From the NCBI GenBank assembly GCA_048938445.1, contig JBHLME010000035.1, forward strand, positions 1 to 36,768: a stretch of DNA of 36,768 bases, given 5' to 3'. The position numbers were made by a program, and so were the translations under genes. This document shows, one piece after another, positions 28,550-36,768 of the stretch. The stretch comes from Promethearchaeota archaeon (GTDB taxonomy: Archaea > Asgardarchaeota > Lokiarchaeia > Sigyniarchaeales > SOKP01). The first letter of the stretch is position 1, and the number at the start of each line of letters is the position of its first letter. Below the pieces are notes generated by a model. That model worked only from the letters and a program-made list of their open reading frames with translations, searched no databases and had not been told where the DNA came from.

Positions 28550-29218
28550 TTATTTTTGTTCATGAATAAAATATAGAATATAATTTGAGATTTTCTCCTT
28601 ATAGATAAACCCATGTTCTTCAAGAATATCTAAATAATTACTTAAAGTATTTGAATGGATCTTTAGTGTACTTGATATTTTAGTTTTAGTATGCCCAATA
28701 TTATTCTCTTTGAGGAAATTGAGTATGAGTCTACTTTTTTTCTTTGATTTATAATAGAAAGGGATGATATCATCGAATGATAAAGATGAATCAAAAAAAA
28801 TCTCATGGTTCTCAATTATTTCTGATTTTATCAACCCAAATTTTAGAAGAACTTGTAAGTGAAAATAAATTACATATTTACTTATTTCCACGTTATCCAC
28901 AATATTATTAAGGTAATATCCGGGATTATTTTTAATGAATTCATATAACTCTTTTCTATTTGGAGTATCTAAAACAGTTTGTTTTGTTAGTTTTGATCCT
29001 TCAACTATAAATCTCTTTTTTAATAGCGAATTCAAGTTTCTTTTTATTCCATCAGTATTCATATTCGTTGATGTCTTTGCTAATCTCGCGCTAATATAGG
29101 GGATTATCTCATTTATTCGAAATGTTCTATTTTCATTTAAATATTCAATAATAATATTTAATACTACTTCTTCTTGAGTAATAACCGGTGCTTGTCTTGT
29201 TTTCATCATTTTTAACAT
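28550..29218 (-). CDS. Tandem winged-helix (ArsR-like) transcriptional regulator
   Basis: RKELYEFIKNNPG...FHLQVLLKFGLI and a second HTH (ISSTLKIHSNTLSNYLDILEEHGFI); starts 15 bp after the upstream gene. Confidence 0.8.
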   Translation of the reverse strand: MLKMMKTRQAPVITQEEVVLNIIIEYLNENRTFRINEIIPYISARLAKTSTNMNTDGIKRNLNSLLKKRFIVEGSKLTKQTVLDTPNRKELYEFIKNNPGYYLNNIVDNVEISKYVIYFHLQVLLKFGLIKSEIIENHEIFFDSSLSFDDIIPFYYKSKKKSRLILNFLKENNIGHTKTKISSTLKIHSNTLSNYLDILEEHGFIYKEKISNYILYFIHEQK

Positions 29219-29233
29219 TCCCTCGTCTCTGTT

Positions 29234-32200
29234 TTAACTCTGTTTATCTATTTTTTTCGAATTCTTCATTTCTAACATTCCTTCGATTATTTTCAGCTGC
29301 TCTTGGGTGTTAAATACAACAAGATCTTTTAGTATCTCATCTAATTCGTTTTTATCTAAATTCAGTTTATCTAATTTTCTTTTAATTTCATTTGGAATCG
29401 CGGTCATTTCTATATCGCCATGTTTCAATAATTCTTCTATTGGATTGCTTGAATTAATTAAATTATTAAAATTAATTTTCTCGTCTTCAATTTTTACCTT
29501 GTTTGACGACTCAATATCCATCGTGATATTGGAGTCACATATCCAACAGCTTTCTCCCCTCCTCATTAATGTAGATGCGCATTTCAAGCAATATTTTGCT
29601 TTACATTTAGGACATACATAATTAATTCCTTTTATTTCTCCTTTATGAATTACGCATTTATCCTCTTGCTTTATAATATCTATTTCCTTTTCCGTTTTTT
29701 CTAATTCCTTCTTTTTAAGGGCTTTTTCTTGGATTGTAACCTTCTCTTCTACTTTTTGCTTTTTCTTTTTTGAAAGGCTCTTAGGTGGCTTCGCCTTTTG
29801 AATGACCTTTGATTCCAATGGTTTGATGGGAGTGAGCATATCTGGAGTAATTTGTGGTTTTACCCTTTTTTCTTGTCGAGATTCTTCATCCTGCAAGGTT
29901 GACAACTCGCTTGTGAGAGGTACTTTCTGTTCCAATGGTTTAAAAGCACCTTCTTTTTTTTTTTTTTTACGTGAGATGGTCACGTAGCCTGTAGTGAGTG
30001 TAATACCAATCGTGCTTAAAATGATGATAATGATTATGATGTACCATGGAAATGGAGTGATTGGATTGACAGTTTCACTCATCAAAAAAGTCGATAATTC
30101 AGTGGTTGTGAATTCCACGTAATGATGTGTCGAATTTAACGAGAAATCTACATCCCGCCATAGGCCCAAATCGGAAACTCGATGAGAAACCCATAGATTC
30201 AAGGGATTGTGGATTTTCAAGGGATCGTAATAGAATCGAATGGTAACGCTCGAGAGGATTGAACTATCTTTAACCAAATTAGCACTATACAAGTCAATGA
30301 TATACGTGTACAAAGTGGACGTATCATATCCAGGATCGCTAATGATCGGAATCTCAGAAGAAGCGTTGCTAACGCGCAAGTATCCAATGGAATTCAGTTC
30401 AATTTCAATGTACATGCCATGCTCATCGATCATGTCCAAGATATTGAGGTTTGGTCTCAGACAAATGTATTCCCAATCGAGAGAGAAATACCGCTTGTCA
30501 GATTGAAAGATGAATCTGTTGGTCGTAGTTCCAAACACTTGAATCGAGTGCAAACCATTTCCCGTGGGCATCGGAATGGTCGTGTTGCCTTGAATCGTGA
30601 TGTTAGCAGCTCCATCCAAGGAATAACCCATCCAATCCAAGACCGTGCTATTTTCATAACTGAGCAACAAACCCTCGTTCATGTTATCTCCGATATTATA
30701 ATTTGGATCCCATGAATAGCTGATGGCATCAAAATACCCTTCCCCTGTTTCTGCACTTACAGGATTTAGTAATCTCAATCTATTAAAATTTGTCGCAGTT
30801 CTCCAGAAAGGTTCACCTGATAAGTATTGAACTCCGTTGACGTATACATTAAACGTGTCTGCGGCAAGCCCCATATAATTTCCGGAGCCGCATTCAAAAT
30901 CCACTCTCATGTGAAACCACGTTCCATCCGAATATAACCCTGGTGCGAATTCAATGTGAGAATTGTGTTCCAATTCAAATTTTCCATTATCATACCAATC
31001 AATTAAAATATAAATTGATTCTTGCCCCAAATCATTGAAGAGTTGAAATCCCAAACAGGCACCCGTGCCTCCAGGTTCGTAACGCCACCACCATTCTACA
31101 GTCCCACTTGTTTGACTGACTTCAAAATAATTTGAGATCATGCACCTCTGTCCCACTACGGCACCGGCATCAATAAACTGGATGACTTGTTCATGTCCTC
31201 CATGACTTGCTTTTACCGTGGTTGCACAATTTGTGCCATCTTGATCTATCCACCCGATTGGAAAACTCCCGTCTAGGTCATTTTCAAATCCATAGGTAGC
31301 AGGATAATACCCGCTCATTGGTGCCGTGTAAGTTCTATTTTCGGGTGTAATAATTCTAATTGGACTACCAGTCCAATTAGAATCAATAAAACGCATGATG
31401 AAAGCGTCAAAATTGCTTGAACTGGACTTACGGATATATCCCGTAATATAGATATTTTCTGATGCATCTACCGCAATATCCCTTGGCATATCAGATCCTC
31501 CATTATCCCAGGTATTATTCCACAGTAAGTTTCCAGAATTATTATATTTCAAAATGAAATTATCAAAATCTTCCCCTCCTGGAATGAATCGCTCCCCTGT
31601 AACATATATATTTCTAAAATTGTCTAATGATAAACCAAGACCCCTATCACTATCAGTATCACCCCACGTATCATCCCATTGTACAATACCAGAACTATTA
31701 TATTTAACAATAAAAACATCTTGATTTCCTGCACCATAACTAGAAGTAATTCCCACAATATAGAGATTTCCTAATTCATCTAATGCAATATCATAACCAC
31801 TATCACTATTACTTCCACCCCAGGTGAGATCCCATTGAAAAATTCCCAAATTATTATATTTTACAATAAAAGCGTCCCAATCACCCGCACCAAAGCTTCT
31901 GGTATCTCCCGTAATATATATATTTCCAAAGTCATCCGAATCAATACGTTTTCCAATTTCACTATTAATACCACCCCATGTTTTATTCCATAGAAAATTA
32001 CTCGAATTGTCAAATTTCACAATAAAAACATCATTTTCTCCTGCACCAAAGCTTTGAGTACGGCCAGTAATAAATACATTTCCCAAATTATCTGAAATAA
32101 TATCATAAGCTTCGTCTTGACTAACACCTCCCCAAGTGATTTCCCATTGAAAATTACCAGAATTGTCATATTTTACAATAAAAGCATCCCAACTGCCTGC

Positions 32201-32620
32201 ACCAAAGCTAGATGTTTCTCCTGTAATATAGACGTTTCCTAATTGATCTAGTGCAATACCTCTTCCAGTTTCAACACTACTCCCTCCCCAAGTGGTATTC
32301 CATAGCAAATTTCCGGAATTATCATATTTTGCAGTGAAAACATCATAATTTCCAGCTCCAAAACTTGTAGTATCTCCAGTGATGTAAATATTTCCGGAAT
32401 TATCCAATGTAATAGCTCGGGAATAATCTTCATTGTCACCACCCCAAGTGATATTTAAATCTGAAACATACTGATTTATCTGCGCTGTACTTACATCAAT
32501 AAATCGATTTGAAGAATTTAAAGCAGCAGAAGATATATTCAAATTTAATGAACCAAGGATAACACAGCAGAAAATCCCTACTAATAAAAGAGATTTTATT
32601 TTTACTCGGGTACTTTTCAC
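29234..32620 (-). CDS. Single-pass surface protein: signal peptide, 7 SBBP-like propeller blades, Ig/ConA-like domains, TM, cytoplasmic RING-like Zn finger
   Basis: Seven 52-aa repeats (TWGG...D..GNIYITG.T.SFGAG..D.FI.KY); TM PWYIIIIIIILSTIGITL followed by RKKKKK; CVIH-CPKC-CLKC-CWIC. Confidence 0.85.
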   Translation of the reverse strand: MKSTRVKIKSLLLVGIFCCVILGSLNLNISSAALNSSNRFIDVSTAQINQYVSDLNITWGGDNEDYSRAITLDNSGNIYITGDTTSFGAGNYDVFTAKYDNSGNLLWNTTWGGSSVETGRGIALDQLGNVYITGETSSFGAGSWDAFIVKYDNSGNFQWEITWGGVSQDEAYDIISDNLGNVFITGRTQSFGAGENDVFIVKFDNSSNFLWNKTWGGINSEIGKRIDSDDFGNIYITGDTRSFGAGDWDAFIVKYNNLGIFQWDLTWGGSNSDSGYDIALDELGNLYIVGITSSYGAGNQDVFIVKYNSSGIVQWDDTWGDTDSDRGLGLSLDNFRNIYVTGERFIPGGEDFDNFILKYNNSGNLLWNNTWDNGGSDMPRDIAVDASENIYITGYIRKSSSSNFDAFIMRFIDSNWTGSPIRIITPENRTYTAPMSGYYPATYGFENDLDGSFPIGWIDQDGTNCATTVKASHGGHEQVIQFIDAGAVVGQRCMISNYFEVSQTSGTVEWWWRYEPGGTGACLGFQLFNDLGQESIYILIDWYDNGKFELEHNSHIEFAPGLYSDGTWFHMRVDFECGSGNYMGLAADTFNVYVNGVQYLSGEPFWRTATNFNRLRLLNPVSAETGEGYFDAISYSWDPNYNIGDNMNEGLLLSYENSTVLDWMGYSLDGAANITIQGNTTIPMPTGNGLHSIQVFGTTTNRFIFQSDKRYFSLDWEYICLRPNLNILDMIDEHGMYIEIELNSIGYLRVSNASSEIPIISDPGYDTSTLYTYIIDLYSANLVKDSSILSSVTIRFYYDPLKIHNPLNLWVSHRVSDLGLWRDVDFSLNSTHHYVEFTTTELSTFLMSETVNPITPFPWYIIIIIIILSTIGITLTTGYVTISRKKKKKEGAFKPLEQKVPLTSELSTLQDEESRQEKRVKPQITPDMLTPIKPLESKVIQKAKPPKSLSKKKKQKVEEKVTIQEKALKKKELEKTEKEIDIIKQEDKCVIHKGEIKGINYVCPKCKAKYCLKCASTLMRRGESCWICDSNITMDIESSNKVKIEDEKINFNNLINSSNPIEELLKHGDIEMTAIPNEIKRKLDKLNLDKNELDEILKDLVVFNTQEQLKIIEGMLEMKNSKKIDKQS
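29954..29968 (-). repeat. A15 homopolymer inside the CDS (encodes KKKKK)
   Basis: 15 consecutive T on the + strand. Confidence 0.9.
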
Positions 32621-33178
32621 TCCTTTATCGCCCTTTTGATTATATTATTAATTGATACAATAATAAATTGATTAAGATTTATATAAAAGCTGGTCTTTTT
32701 TTATTGGTTTTTATCATTTTGGGATTAATGACCATAATTTTAACAGTATCATTACTGTAAAAAATTTTTTTGATTTTATATCATAAGATTTTTTTTTAAA
32801 AATTAATCAATTCGAATTAACGATAATAATATTTATTTCGTCATTCTATATAAATAAGCATAAAACAAAATTGAAATACTAAACTTTCCATTATATATTT
32901 TAACTAAATATTTTTACAAAAAATAAAAATTCAAGAAATTCTTCTATATTTTTTTTAAACACGTGTCATTATTTCTTTCAATCATGTTGATAATAAATTA
33001 AAACTTCATTTATTCCTCTTTGTTTGGGAAGTGCATTTTTACCATGCTTTTTCAAGGTCAATTGATATGAGGATTATAATTTTTATCAAAATAATGATTA
33101 ACAATAATTATTAACTAGCAAGATTTAATATTGCTTATTAAAAACGATATAATGAAATTAATTTAGATGTGATTATAA

Positions 33179-34120
33179 ATGGGAATGTTAGATGGAAAAG
33201 TTGCGATTATTACAGGTGCAGGGAGGGGATTGGGACGTGAAGAAGCAATAGCAATGGCGAACGAAGGATGTAACCTAGTTATAAATGATTTAGGAGGTTC
33301 TTTTGATGGTTCTGGGGGTGAAACTAAAATAGCTGATGAAGTTGCAGAAGAATGCAGGAAATTAGGTGTCAAGGCAGTCGGAAATTACGATTCTGTTTCA
33401 GACTTTAATAAAGCTAAGGGGATGGTCGATCAAGCGGTGTCTGAATTTGGAAGGCTGGATATTGTAGTGAATAACGCGGGGATTTTACGTGATAGAATGA
33501 TTTATAATATGGCAGAAGAGGAATGGGATGCTGTGATCGCTGTGCATATGAAAGGAACTTTTAATTTATGCCGGCATTCTTCGGCCTATTTCCGGATTGA
33601 AGCTAAGAAGAATCCTAAAGCTAAAAATTTCGGAAGGATTATCAATACAGCTTCCGATGCAGGGCTTTTAGGTAATACGGGTCAAACAAATTATGGTGGT
33701 GCAAAAGCAGGTATAGCTGCAATGACCTTAATTTTATCTCAAGAATTAAAAAAATATGCAACCGTTAATTGTATTGTTCCACAGGCAAGAACTCGGTTAA
33801 CAACTGATGCAACACCTAAATTTGCTGAAATTATGTCAAAAAAAGATGATTCTGGATTTGATATTTTTCACCCTGCAAATGTTGCACCAATGGTTGTCTA
33901 TTTAGCGTCAGATAACGCAAAAAGAATAAATGGTGAAGTTTTCCGGATTATTGGAGATAAAATATGGTTATTACGTGGGTGGCACTCAGTAAGTAGGATT
34001 GATAATGAGGGTAAAGCATTTACAGCTGATCTTATTGCTGAGAGAATCAAAGAATTAACAAAAGGTGCACCCAAAAAAGAAACAATCATGGATGTTTCTG
34101 GGCAATTAATTACAATGTAG
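33179..34120 (+). CDS. Short-chain dehydrogenase/reductase (3-hydroxyacyl-CoA dehydrogenase-like)
   Basis: TGAGRGLG, VINDLG, NNAGILRD, YGGAK. Confidence 0.92.
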   Translation: MGMLDGKVAIITGAGRGLGREEAIAMANEGCNLVINDLGGSFDGSGGETKIADEVAEECRKLGVKAVGNYDSVSDFNKAKGMVDQAVSEFGRLDIVVNNAGILRDRMIYNMAEEEWDAVIAVHMKGTFNLCRHSSAYFRIEAKKNPKAKNFGRIINTASDAGLLGNTGQTNYGGAKAGIAAMTLILSQELKKYATVNCIVPQARTRLTTDATPKFAEIMSKKDDSGFDIFHPANVAPMVVYLASDNAKRINGEVFRIIGDKIWLLRGWHSVSRIDNEGKAFTADLIAERIKELTKGAPKKETIMDVSGQLITM

Positions 34121-34180
34121 TTAAATTAATTCTTTAATTTTTTTGTTTTTTTAAAACCGAATCTTATTAGTGAGGGGTGT

Positions 34181-34948
34181 TTAATCTCCACCTAAATCTG
34201 CTCCTTTTGTAACCGTCTTCTGAACGGCTTTTTTAGCTAACTTAACTGGATCAACTATACTTCTAGCTCCTTCTAATGCGGCTTGACCTGCTTGATTTAA
34301 TACTCCTCCGGTAATCTGTCCTCCAGTAGCTATTTCTTGTGCAACAACACTGACTGCAGGAGTAAGTACTGCGGAAGCAATAGTGGTAACTGCTGTGACA
34401 GCTATGATTTTAGCGATTTTCTTTGATCGAGGACTCATTCCTCCACTCTTTTCATTTTCATCAGATTCAACGGCCTCCAAGGCTCTTTTTAATCCTTTAA
34501 TTAATATATTCAAGGCATCTTCTTTCTTTTTCTTTTTTTCATCGACATATACACCTTCCTTATAAACATATTCTAGGAATTTGTCTAGATCTTTGAATTT
34601 TTTTGATTTTTTATATCCACTCCAGTCATCATCTTTAAAATTTGATAAAATATTTTTCACTGATCTTCCTTCTTCCACCTTATTTATAAAGATTTTAGGA
34701 GACTTTGTATCGCTTAAATAGACTGCTTCATATATAACATCTCCAAATTCTTTTTTTTGACCGATTAATATCCTAAAATTTATTTTATCTGTGTTCCCAA
34801 TCAAACTTTTTGAAAATTTAGCTAATGCTACTTTAGAATCATTAATTTTTTCTTCAATTGTATCTGATCTTTTCTCTTCAAAAAAATCACTTAGTGCTTC
34901 AAAAGCGTCCTTAAAAATTTTAGCGGTTTTCTTTATTTGATCACTCAT
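34181..34948 (-). CDS. Hypothetical protein with Ala/Thr/Val-rich hydrophobic C-terminal segment
   Basis: 255-aa ORF with AAGGA upstream; no recognised family. Confidence 0.65.
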   Translation of the reverse strand: MSDQIKKTAKIFKDAFEALSDFFEEKRSDTIEEKINDSKVALAKFSKSLIGNTDKINFRILIGQKKEFGDVIYEAVYLSDTKSPKIFINKVEEGRSVKNILSNFKDDDWSGYKKSKKFKDLDKFLEYVYKEGVYVDEKKKKKEDALNILIKGLKRALEAVESDENEKSGGMSPRSKKIAKIIAVTAVTTIASAVLTPAVSVVAQEIATGGQITGGVLNQAGQAALEGARSIVDPVKLAKKAVQKTVTKGADLGGD

Positions 34949-35169
34949 TAGTATTTCCTTGTTTTATGTTTTTTTAACAAACATTCTTATAGAAGAAAAG
35001 TAATAATTTAGTTATTTATATCTTACCAATAAAATTATGATTAAGGTCTTGAAATTATCCAAAAGGTTAAAATTACGTGATAAATTTTACTTATATGAAG
35101 ATATTAACATGATTTTTACCCATGTAATTTAAATATATTTTAAAAAAAATAAAAAAGATTTAAATAACC

Positions 35170-35177
35170 TTTATAAA
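35170..35177 (+). promoter_or_regulatory. Putative TATA box upstream of tbp
   Basis: TTTATAAA ~70 nt upstream of the ATG; AT-rich background. Confidence 0.3.
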
Positions 35178-35247
35178 TTCTATTATGTAAAACGAAAAAA
35201 AGAATTTAAAAAATTCATAATTACATTAATTTCATAATTAGTTAATC

Positions 35248-35883
35248 ATGTCAGCTAAAAATAATGAAATGGAAGAATACGATTTTGAGAAGAATTTAGA
35301 TTACAAAATCGAGAATGTTGTTGCTACAGTTAATGTAGAAATTGAGGAAAAAATGGATTTAAATATCATCGCTCGAAAACATAGTGATGCAGAATATAAT
35401 CCAGAACGATTTCCTGGTTTAGTAATGAGAATTAATGATCCAAAAGCCACCTTTCTCATATTTTCAACAGGGAAGATGGTTGTCACTGGACTTCGTAAAG
35501 CTGAAGAAGCGGCACGTGGAGTAGACAAAGCGATAAAAAATATTAAAAAGGCAGGAATAAAAGTTGCAAACCCAGATATTACGATTCAAAATATTGTCGC
35601 TAGTGGAGATTTACATACCAATATTGATCTAAACATGGCTGCTATAGTGATGGAAAATGTCATGTACGAACCTGAAGTATTCCCTGGTTTGATATACCGA
35701 ATGATTGAACCTAAAACAGTCTTCTTAATTTTTTCCACGGGAAAAATTGTTTGTACAGGTGCTAAAAACAGTGAAATTGTTCGAGAAGCGGTATTACAAT
35801 TAAATCGTGTTGTACGAGATATTGGAATAGCTAAAGATTCAGGAGATTTGGATTCTGAATTTGATGATATAAGCTTTATTTAA
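35248..35883 (+). CDS. tbp: TATA-box-binding protein
   Basis: Two repeats (IENVVAT / IQNIVAS; YNPERFPGLV / YEPEVFPGLIYR; LIFSTGK.V.TG) and an acidic tail. Confidence 0.97.
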   Translation: MSAKNNEMEEYDFEKNLDYKIENVVATVNVEIEEKMDLNIIARKHSDAEYNPERFPGLVMRINDPKATFLIFSTGKMVVTGLRKAEEAARGVDKAIKNIKKAGIKVANPDITIQNIVASGDLHTNIDLNMAAIVMENVMYEPEVFPGLIYRMIEPKTVFLIFSTGKIVCTGAKNSEIVREAVLQLNRVVRDIGIAKDSGDLDSEFDDISFI

Positions 35884-36053
35884 AATTTATTAAATTTTTT
35901 AATCTACACTTACATTTTTTTTTCATTTTTAAATGATTTTGAAATTTAAACTTGAATATTAAATTAAAATTTGGAGATCTTCAGGTGCGATTCATAATAA
36001 TTTTTAAATTATTCACCAATAGTTTTTAAAAATTCTTATCTTATCTAAGATTT

Positions 36054-36767
36054 ATGGGTCTTTTTACTGTAAAAAATATACTAAGCCTTACATCTATGGG
36101 ACCTTCATTTTTAAAATCAATAATAAGGGGGATTCCATTTTATGTAAATTATGATTTAACCTGGCAATGTAATTTAAAATGCAAGCATTGTTATTTTTTT
36201 TCATCAGCAACTGAATTAAAAAATAAAAGAAAGGAATTATCGAATGAAGAATGGATTAAGGTTTTTAAATATCAAAGAAAACTAGGAACAAAAATTGCTA
36301 TTTTAACTGGTGGAGAACCTACTCTAAGAATGGATGTAATAAAAGAAGCAATTAAAATTTTTCCTTCAGTTCAAGTCGTATCAAATGGAGTTATAAAATT
36401 ACCTCGACTTATGGGATATGATCCATCAAAATATTGGGTAAGTTTAGATGGTACTAAGGAAACCCATAATGAAATAAGAGGAGTAAGAGTTTATGATAAA
36501 GTCATAACATGTATTCAAGAAAGTAATCCTATTGTTAATACAACGATTATGACCTTAAATTATAAGGAAATTGAAAATGTTGTTAAGATTGCTGCTGATA
36601 ATGGTGCTTCTGGATTTGTTTTTCAATTTTATACAGGATATCCTAACGATCCTCTATTATTAAAAGGAGGTATATTAAAAAGAGTAATTAAAGACATAAT
36701 AAAAATTATGCGTGAATATGGAAGTTTTGTTTTTTATTCTAAAAAAATGTTAGAAATATATATGTCA
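36054..36767 (+). CDS. Radical SAM protein (3'-partial)
   Basis: Translated by hand from ATG 36054: ...TWQCNLKCKHCYF...LTGGEP...SNG...VSLDG..ETHNEIRG; open to the window end. Confidence 0.92.
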   Translation, partial: MGLFTVKNILSLTSMGPSFLKSIIRGIPFYVNYDLTWQCNLKCKHCYFFSSATELKNKRKELSNEEWIKVFKYQRKLGTKIAILTGGEPTLRMDVIKEAIKIFPSVQVVSNGVIKLPRLMGYDPSKYWVSLDGTKETHNEIRGVRVYDKVITCIQESNPIVNTTIMTLNYKEIENVVKIAADNGASGFVFQFYTGYPNDPLLLKGGILKRVIKDIIKIMREYGSFVFYSKKMLEIYMS

Positions 36768-36768
36768 A

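Noticed and set aside
31390-32460. 156-bp periodic nucleotide repeats
   Set aside because: Explained by the seven propeller blades.
2046-35528. Numerous short ORFs overlapping long genes (e.g. 9187..9675, 16539..16856, 19716..20057, 29307..29621, 30240..30715)
   Set aside because: Antisense or alternate-frame shadows with no motifs or independent start signals.
1-36768. Selenocysteine/UGA-readthrough genes or SECIS elements (plausible in this lineage)
   Set aside because: No gene here appears split at an in-frame TGA, and I saw no supportable SECIS hairpin.

Overview
AT-rich archaeal chromosomal segment, most likely from an Asgard (Lokiarchaeia/Promethearchaeota-like) genome. This is inferred from TBP and aCPSF1/FttA, an A1-U72 archaeal tRNA-Gln, a Rab-like small GTPase, PCI/winged-helix arrays and several Loki-type domains. 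It holds about 28 CDS. Housekeeping and enzyme genes: purN, hisA, tbp, fttA, an HD dNTP hydrolase, an SDR, a parvulin, two GT87-like glycosyltransferases flanking a methyltransferase, and an orphan DNA methyltransferase. There is also a 19-repeat TPR protein and two genes cut by the window edges. I found no CRISPR array, transposase, integrase or rRNA. Highlights: (1) a tRNA-Gln(CUG) with two non-canonical introns (45/46 and 59/60); (2) two proteins sharing a beta-COP/adaptin-appendage-like module, one fused to Zn fingers and a DDRGK1/UFL1/PCI-like winged-helix array, the other bracketed by ~200-bp direct repeats; (3) a receptor-like single-pass protein (7-bladed propeller, TM, A15 tract, cytoplasmic RING-like finger) coupled to a wHTH regulator; (4) a Par14-like parvulin, a GTPase fusion and a probable ATT start codon. 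All homology calls come from reading motifs by eye, not from database searches.
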